Source: an uncultured delta proteobacterium (GTDB lineage: Bacteria > Desulfobacterota > Binatia > Binatales > Binataceae). Taken from it: a DNA stretch of 64,000 nucleotides. Positions within the stretch are counted from its first letter, which is position 1; every line of letters starts with the position of its first letter. The DNA lies in contig CAVRVY010000004.1 of the NCBI GenBank assembly GCA_963724765.1, positions 608,001 through 672,000 of the forward strand. Reading direction: 5' to 3'. This document shows, in pieces, positions 59,277-64,000 of the stretch. The notes below the pieces were generated by a model. It saw nothing but the letters and a program-made list of their open reading frames with translations, searched no databases and had not been told where the DNA came from. Position numbers and translations under genes: made by a program.

Positions 59277-59768
59277 ATGGGGAACAAACAAATACCGGAA
59301 GCTGCAACCAAAGAGTCGCAGATGAAGTTCACGCTGGCCAAGCTGGCAGAGGAGGACATCAAGCTGAGGCGCCCGATTCTGGAGGCAGCCTCAGCGGCGG
59401 CGAGGCTTACGCTCGATCCCGGCAACAAGGAACTTCGTGAGAAGGCCGCCAAGGCATGGGTGCGGATCGACTCCGTCATCGCCAGACACCTCGGCAAGGA
59501 GGAATATACGCTGCTGCCCTGGGCCGAGTCGCTTGCACACTTTCCTCATCACCTTGTCGACCGGGCGCGCAAAAAGCACGAACAAATTCTGGCGCTTCAC
59601 GACATCATCGCCACGCATTCCTTCGAAAAAGGGAGCAATGAGGCTGTCGCCGCGGAGGCGAGGAATCTTTGCGTCTACGCGACCACTCTGGACGACCTCA
59701 TAGCTGGCGAGGAGCGCGAACTATTCCCCGTGATGCGCCGTGTCCTGTTCCATCGGCCGCAACCCTGA
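59277..59768 (+). CDS. Hemerythrin/HHE-like domain protein (degenerate ligands)
   Basis: RHLGKEE..LLP, KHEQI, LIAGEERELFP. Confidence 0.75.
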   Translation: MGNKQIPEAATKESQMKFTLAKLAEEDIKLRRPILEAASAAARLTLDPGNKELREKAAKAWVRIDSVIARHLGKEEYTLLPWAESLAHFPHHLVDRARKKHEQILALHDIIATHSFEKGSNEAVAAEARNLCVYATTLDDLIAGEERELFPVMRRVLFHRPQP

Positions 59769-60160
59769 GCCACGACAGACGGCGCTCGTAACCACACCTG
59801 GAAAACGATCGAGAATCCCAGCGGGACTGACCCGTTGTTCCCAACCTGAGCAAAGAACGCTTCTCGATTTCTTCCGCTGCTTCGCCGACTCTCCGGCTGA
59901 GTTCGTCGTATACGACGACGGCTACCGGCGGTGAAGATACTTCTAGCGGCAGATCGCGACAGCCGTGTCGACCGCGTGCTGCATCGCCGCTCCAGGATGA
60001 TTCATCCGGGTACTGTCGAAGTGGTGTTTGGATTGCCGATGGAGCTCGAAGGCGACGACTACGTCGCGCTGGCACGTAAGGTCGAGACAGCTGTATGCGC
60101 ATAGTGAGGTTTCGCAAATACCAAGGGTCATCACTGAGGTCGCTCTCTCAGCACGATTTA

Positions 60161-60176
60161 AGGCATGCTTCATGCT
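60161..60176 (+). promoter_or_regulatory. sigma54 promoter
   Basis: AGGCATGCTTCATGCT before AAGGA RBS and GTG 60204. Confidence 0.6.
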
Positions 60177-60203
60177 TGATTGTCCGTTCGTAAGGATTCT
60201 GCA

Positions 60204-60776
60204 GTGGAAACTCACCCGGTAAATAGCCCCCGCATCCTTCGCAATCGACCCAGATCGGCAGCGGTGTTTGCAGGAGTATTGCTGGCGCTCGCGACGGCCA
60301 ACCTTCTCATGGCGCTGGCTGGGGGTCTTGGCCTTTGGACATTCGGAATCTTCAATCTCGAGGGTATGCGCAATATAAGCTTGGGTCTCGGCGTCTGGAC
60401 AATTGCCGCATGGACAATCGCCGGGTTTGTCGGCGGACTCGTCGCGGTGACAGTATCTAGCTCATTCATCCGGCACGACGCCTATGTCTATGGTTTGGTG
60501 ACTTGGGCTGCCACGTGCATAACGGCTCTTGTTCTCATGTGGACCTGGCTGATGGTTTGCGTGGCGTCCGGCATGGCATCAAGAGACATGGTCAGCGGTA
60601 TAGGCAGCAGGATCATGTTGGGTTTCTTCATCGCAAACCTCACGTCTTTCGCTGGCACACTTTTAGGCGCGGCTTTTGGCGCCCGGCGGCAGGGAGCGCT
60701 ATTGGACTCCGAGATTAAGGCTCACGGCTTTTCTGCAAAGGCTGGACGTGCGTTTAGGCCCAGAGAAAAAACGTAG
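60204..60776 (+). CDS. Four-TM membrane protein
   Basis: SAAVFAGV...GVW...AGFVGG...YGLVTWA...GAAFG. Confidence 0.75.
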   Translation: METHPVNSPRILRNRPRSAAVFAGVLLALATANLLMALAGGLGLWTFGIFNLEGMRNISLGLGVWTIAAWTIAGFVGGLVAVTVSSSFIRHDAYVYGLVTWAATCITALVLMWTWLMVCVASGMASRDMVSGIGSRIMLGFFIANLTSFAGTLLGAAFGARRQGALLDSEIKAHGFSAKAGRAFRPREKT

Positions 60777-60976
60777 AGAAGCTTCCCGGTGTTCTCGTGG
60801 GGAGCGGGTAACTGGTGCCCTATTCGCATCAGCCTCTTCAAGAGTCTGCCTCCATTGGCGCCACGGCGGATAAACGCCGCGCGCTGGGGTGTCTGACGAA
60901 GGTGTATTTCGATTCGCCGTCGGCGGCATGATCGGTGGATTCTGAAAACTTGGACAGATGAGGCTCGGAGCCACAC

Positions 60977-62749
60977 GTGACCTGGAAAACGATCGAGAAG
61001 CCGCGACGGGGCTGGGCTGTTATCCCCAACCTGTTGGATTATGAGCAGAGCCGGGCGGCCTTTTCCTGGGAAGACGCCCGGCGGGAATTAGACGGTCTTC
61101 CTGGCGGCGGGCTCAACATCGCCTACGAAGCGGTCGACCGGCACTGCCTAGGGCCGCGCGGTGATCGCCTGGCGCTGCGCTGGCTCGGCAAACGGGGCGA
61201 AGTGCGCGACTTCAGCTACGGGGATTTGCGCACGCTCACCAACCGCTTCGCCAACGTGCTCGGACGGCTTGGCATCGCCAGGGGCGAGCGAGTGTTCCTG
61301 TTGGCGGGGCGTATTCCCGAACTGTATATCAGCGCGCTTGGCACCCTGAAAATTGGCGGCGTCCTCTGTCCCCTGTTCTCGGCATTTGGCCCCGAACCGA
61401 TCCGTCAAAGGATTGGAATCGGCGATGGTCGGGTGCTCGTGACCACGGCCTCCTTTTACAAACGAAAGGTCGCAGACCTGCGCGCATCTCTCCCCGGTCT
61501 ACGGCACGTGCTCCTGATCGGCGCCCCGGAGGAGATTCGAGCGATTCCGGAGACGCTCGACTTCCATCAGCTGCTGACAGAAGCCGACGATCACTTCGAC
61601 ATCCCGCATACCGACCCAGAGGATCTGGCGCTGCTCCACTTCACCAGCGGCACCACCGGCAAACCCAAGGGAGCGATGCACGTGCACGAGGCGGTTGTCG
61701 CTCACCACATGACGGGCCGGTTTGCTCTCGACTTTCATCCAGAGGACATTTTCTGGTGCACGGCCGACCCCGGCTGGGTAACCGGAACCTCCTACGGCAT
61801 CATCGCTCCTCTCACCCATGGCATTACCAGCATAATCGATGAAGCAGAGTTCGATGCCGAGCGTTGGTATGCGATTCTCCAGAGCCAGCGAGTGACTATT
61901 TGGTATACCGCGCCGACCGCCGTGCGCATGATGATGAAGATCGGCACCGAAGTGATTCGTAAGTATGATCTTTCCCGGCTGCGCTTCGTGGCCAGCGTCG
62001 GCGAGCCGCTCAACCCCGAGGCGGTGGTTTGGGGGCAGGAAGCGTTCGGCCTCCCTATTCACGACAACTGGTGGCAAACGGAGACCGGCGGTATCATGAT
62101 CGCCAATTACCCCGCGATGGATATTCGTCCGGGTTCGATGGGCCGTCCGCTGCCCGGCATCGACGCGGCCATCGTCCGCCGTCACCAGGATGGAACCATA
62201 GAAGAATTGCCCGAAGCTGGAATCGAGGGTGAGCTGGCGTTGCGGCCGGGCTGGCCGTCGATGTTTCGCGGCTACCTGCATGAGGAAGAACGCTATCGAA
62301 AATGTTTCGCCGCAAGTTGGTATCTCACCGGCGACCTGGCGAAGCGCGATAGCGACGGCTACTTCTGGTTCGTCGGCCGGGCCGATGATGTGATCAAGTC
62401 ATCGGGCCATTTGATCGGTCCCTTCGAAGTGGAAAGCGCGCTGATGGAGCATCCTGCCGTCGCCGAGGCCGGCGTTATCGGCAAGCCCGACCCGATGGCT
62501 GGAGAAGTGGTCAAGGCATTTGTCTCGCTTAAGCCAACTTATTCTTCTAGCGAGGCGCTGCGGCGCGACTTGCTCGGGTTCGCACGCAAACGCCTGGGTG
62601 CTGTGGTGGCGCCCAAAGAGATCGACTTTGTCACCAACGTGCCGAAAACCCGCAGCGGCAAAATCATGCGCCGCTTGCTGAAGGCGCGTGAGCTTGGGCT
62701 GCCGGAAGGCGACACCTCCACGTTGGAGGGCGAGCCCGGCTCTACCTGA
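60977..62749 (+). CDS. acsA: Acetate--CoA ligase
   Basis: [39 protein letters not shown]. Confidence 0.93.
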   Translation: MTWKTIEKPRRGWAVIPNLLDYEQSRAAFSWEDARRELDGLPGGGLNIAYEAVDRHCLGPRGDRLALRWLGKRGEVRDFSYGDLRTLTNRFANVLGRLGIARGERVFLLAGRIPELYISALGTLKIGGVLCPLFSAFGPEPIRQRIGIGDGRVLVTTASFYKRKVADLRASLPGLRHVLLIGAPEEIRAIPETLDFHQLLTEADDHFDIPHTDPEDLALLHFTSGTTGKPKGAMHVHEAVVAHHMTGRFALDFHPEDIFWCTADPGWVTGTSYGIIAPLTHGITSIIDEAEFDAERWYAILQSQRVTIWYTAPTAVRMMMKIGTEVIRKYDLSRLRFVASVGEPLNPEAVVWGQEAFGLPIHDNWWQTETGGIMIANYPAMDIRPGSMGRPLPGIDAAIVRRHQDGTIEELPEAGIEGELALRPGWPSMFRGYLHEEERYRKCFAASWYLTGDLAKRDSDGYFWFVGRADDVIKSSGHLIGPFEVESALMEHPAVAEAGVIGKPDPMAGEVVKAFVSLKPTYSSSEALRRDLLGFARKRLGAVVAPKEIDFVTNVPKTRSGKIMRRLLKARELGLPEGDTSTLEGEPGST

Positions 62750-62769
62750 AGGTCCGGAGTGAGCGCAGC

Positions 62770-63771
62770 GTGCCTCTACAAGTAAACTTGCCGCAACCGG
62801 CCCTGGAACGCGAACACGCGCTCTTCCTTCTACGCGAAATGCTTCGCATCCGCCGTTTCGAAGAGAAATGCGCGGAACTTTACAGCGCCGCCAAGATCCG
62901 CGGCTTCCTCCATCTGTATATCGGTGAAGAAGCGGTTGCCGTCGGCGCCATGCAAGCCCTGGAAGCCGGCGATGCAATCGTGGCGACTTACCGCGAGCAT
63001 GGACATGCGCTAGTTCGTGGCGTCTCGGCCGCATCGATCATGGCCGAGTTGTACGGCAAACACGAGGGATGCAGTCGCGGCCGGGGCGGTTCGATGCATC
63101 TGTTCGATGCGGCCACGCGCTTCTATGGCGGCAACGCGATCGTCGGTGGCGGACTACCGGTGGCTATCGGATTAGCGCTCGCGGACAAGATGCAGGGCCG
63201 CACGCGCGTCACGGCATGCTTCTTTGGTGAAGGTGCGGTGGCGGAGGGCGAATTCCATGAATGCATGAATCTCGCCGCGTTATGGAGATTGCCCGTCCTC
63301 TTCTTGTGCGAGAACAATCTTTATGCGATGGGGACGGCGCTTGCGCGCTCCGAATCCGAAATCGATCTGAGCCTCAAAGCGAGCAGTTACGAAATACCGG
63401 CGTGGCCCGTCGATGGCATGGACGTCGTCGCATGCGAGGAAGCGGCGCGCAAGGCGGTCGAGGCCGTGCGTTCCGGTGGCGGGCCGCACTTCCTCGAATT
63501 TCGCACCTACCGGTTCCGCGCGCACTCGATGTTCGATCCGCAGCTATACCGTACCAAGCAAGAAGTCGAACAGTGGAAGACGCGCGATCCCGTCGTCTCG
63601 TTTAAGGCGCGTCTGCGGCAAGAAGGACTGCTGAATGACGAGGATCTCAAGCCAATGGAGGAAGATGTTGCGGCGGAGATCGCCAAGGCGGTCGAATTTG
63701 CGGAGGCGGGGACCCTGGAGCCGGTCGAAGAGCTGACCAGGTTCGTTTACTCCGAAAGGACGACACCATGA
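62770..63771 (+). CDS. pdhA: Pyruvate/acetoin dehydrogenase E1 alpha subunit
   Basis: [26 protein letters not shown]...CENN TPP motif. Confidence 0.93.
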   Translation: MPLQVNLPQPALEREHALFLLREMLRIRRFEEKCAELYSAAKIRGFLHLYIGEEAVAVGAMQALEAGDAIVATYREHGHALVRGVSAASIMAELYGKHEGCSRGRGGSMHLFDAATRFYGGNAIVGGGLPVAIGLALADKMQGRTRVTACFFGEGAVAEGEFHECMNLAALWRLPVLFLCENNLYAMGTALARSESEIDLSLKASSYEIPAWPVDGMDVVACEEAARKAVEAVRSGGGPHFLEFRTYRFRAHSMFDPQLYRTKQEVEQWKTRDPVVSFKARLRQEGLLNDEDLKPMEEDVAAEIAKAVEFAEAGTLEPVEELTRFVYSERTTP

Positions 63772-64000
63772 CGGCGGATACGAAGGCCAGCCGCACGACC
63801 TACCGGGAGGCGACGCGACAGGCGATCAGGGATGCGCTCCAGCGCGACCCGCGCGTGTTCCTGATGGGCGAGGATGTAGGCCGTTATGGCGGTTGCTACG
63901 CGGTGAGCAAGGGATTGCTGGAAGAGTTCGGCCCCGAGCGCATCCGCGACACACCGCTGTCCGAGTCGGCCTTCGTCGGCGCCGGAATCGGTGCGGCACT
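63768..64000 (+). CDS. pdhB: Dehydrogenase E1 beta subunit (partial)
   Basis: [15 protein letters not shown]...MGEDVG.YGG...IRDTPLSES. Confidence 0.92.
   Translation, partial: MTADTKASRTTYREATRQAIRDALQRDPRVFLMGEDVGRYGGCYAVSKGLLEEFGPERIRDTPLSESAFVGAGIGAA

Overview
High-GC bacterial chromosome segment; the gene content resembles Binatota/Deltaproteobacteria-like soil bacteria, but that is a guess. It has three parts. (1) 1-13.3 kb is ordinary core genome: a NorD/CbbO-like VWA protein, an M16 peptidase pair, DUF1326/DUF2182, DUF488, a HIT/deaminase/M50/DUF62 operon, YcbK and tRNA-Gly(CCC). (2) 13.3-27.8 kb is an integration hotspot at tRNA-Gly. It holds a 9.6-kb capsid-less integrative element bounded by a perfect 48-bp att repeat (frameshifted tyrosine integrase, two excisionase-type HTH genes, a DUF3987 protein with an ori-like inverted repeat, DUF4145 and nuclease-like cargo). 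After it comes an older relic segment containing a passenger-carrying IS1595 (23-bp TIRs, 8-bp TSD) that ends in a degenerate att copy. (3) 27.9-64 kb is a stress/dormancy-type cluster: Usp, CBS, Crp/Fnr, BON, ABC systems, RtcB, GroEL without GroES, Hsp20, PolX-PHP, a hydrolase-PRTase fusion, cytochromes c, a hemerythrin-like protein and acsA-pdhAB, with several gene scars. The most notable observation is in part 3. About a dozen transcription units carry correctly placed and oriented sigma54 -24/-12 promoters, and most share a 17-bp palindrome TGnnTCC-N3-GGAnnCA upstream. The cluster also encodes a sigma54 activator with no sensor domain whose own promoter has both signals. Together these suggest a clustered sigma54 stress regulon. 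All motif searches were done by eye and all family names come from recalled motifs, not database searches.
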